Shown: positions 63,389-64,000 of the stretch, piece by piece
How the letters are laid out: each line of letters begins with the position of its first letter
Numbering within the stretch: position 1 is the stretch's first letter
Assembly: GCA_012026655.1 (NCBI GenBank)
Contig: JAAILG010001241.1
Span: forward strand, 1 to 64,000
Length of the DNA stretch: 64,000 nt
From: Hydrolagus affinis
Taxonomy: Eukaryota
Direction of reading: 5' to 3'
Made by a program: the position numbers and the translations under genes
The notes under the pieces: model-generated
Database searches by the model: none
What the model saw: only the letters and a program-made list of their open reading frames with translations
What the model was told of the DNA's origin: nothing

Positions 63389-64000
63389 TGCATTCACTTA
63401 TGCTGGGTTTGATTACTGAATTCTTCGTTTGGTTGAAAGGTGAGAGGCTTTTTGCAAGCAAATCTGATTTTGTGATTTTTAAAATGCTTAAGATGAACAG
63501 TAGTTGTTGGTTTACATCCTAAATGTTACTCGGGTAATTGCATTTAAATTAAACCGGTTCTACTTCAGGCTATCTCTGCACACATGATCTTTCAGACAAG
63601 GTGGAAATCAAATGTTCACTTTGATCTGCAATGAATCTTTACTTGTTGGAAGGGTATCCTTCACTCAAAAGGTACTTTCCTTGTGATTTCTGTGCTGTTC
63701 AGGTGCTTTCTTTTGATTTGGATCCAGGTCTAATCTGAGGTATCGGAAAACAGACCACACTCAGAAAGGAGAAATGTTCAAAACAGATCACAGAGGTTAC
63801 AATGCCTGTAATGAAGGGCATTAAAGCATTATCCAGTTTCCATTGATTCCTTCTTAATTAGAATATGACCCATCTAACATACTCTATAAACCAGTTCTAT
63901 GAATTGCACCCTCACAAAGAGAATGACCACTGGAATCTAGGAAATAAACATTGTACTGAATGAACAATGAAACAAACAAAAAAGTCATTTGGCGGTAGCT

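Larger units (their letters stand above)
1..63410 (+). other. git1: GIT1 transcription unit (5'-partial: intron 1 through putative 3' UTR)
   Basis: 20 coding exons splice in frame into ArfGAP - ankyrin - Spa2 homology (SHD) - coiled coil - paxillin-binding domains. The C-terminus ITTREKKQ*, the RTRQKCMTQ microexon and ERSAVPFLPVNPEYSATRNQ match GIT1 rather than GIT2 as I recall them. The 3' end is inferred from the polyA signal. Confidence 0.93.
58712..63410 (+). other. git1: Putative long 3' UTR of GIT1
   Basis: Follows the stop codon. No recognisable SINE/LINE copy. The first AATAAA I could find is at 63383; ATTAAA variants near 60519 and 61224 could give shorter ends. Confidence 0.6.

Noticed and set aside
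1-64000. Most short ORFs in the six-frame track as genes
   Set aside because: They are chance ORFs in AT-rich intron or UTR sequence or in repeats. Only those overlapping GIT1 exons (43449, 48626, 50706, 57443, 58046) or LINE remnants carry real protein signal.
1-64000. Prokaryotic-type novel system (CRISPR, defence island, operon)
   Set aside because: The sequence is a spliced vertebrate gene with vertebrate retroelements; no such structure is present.

Overview
Eukaryotic (vertebrate) genomic DNA, not prokaryotic. Nearly the whole window is one + strand spliced gene, GIT1 (ARF GTPase-activating protein GIT1). I reconstructed 20 coding exons by eye (14464-58711, all GT-AG, phases consistent, 2210 nt including the stop codon). 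The first coding exon lies upstream of the window. A roughly 4.7 kb putative 3' UTR runs to AATAAA at 63383. Introns carry tRNA-derived Deu-type SINEs, L2 and CR1 LINE 3' fragments, and non-autonomous DNA transposons (Tigger/pogo-like, hAT-like, Kolobok-like). This repeat set suggests a cartilaginous fish (inference). There is a 100-N assembly gap at 40426-40525. I found no evidence of a new multi-gene system. The best leads are: a 20-bp hairpin in the 3' UTR; the 27-nt neural GIT1 microexon with its regulatory motifs next to a NAGNAG acceptor; a candidate GIT2-short-like alternative terminal exon in GIT1; Tc1/mariner excision footprints; and a TTAA-flanked element with long inverted repeats. 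Comparisons to human GIT1/GIT2 and to repeat families are from memory and were not checked against a database.
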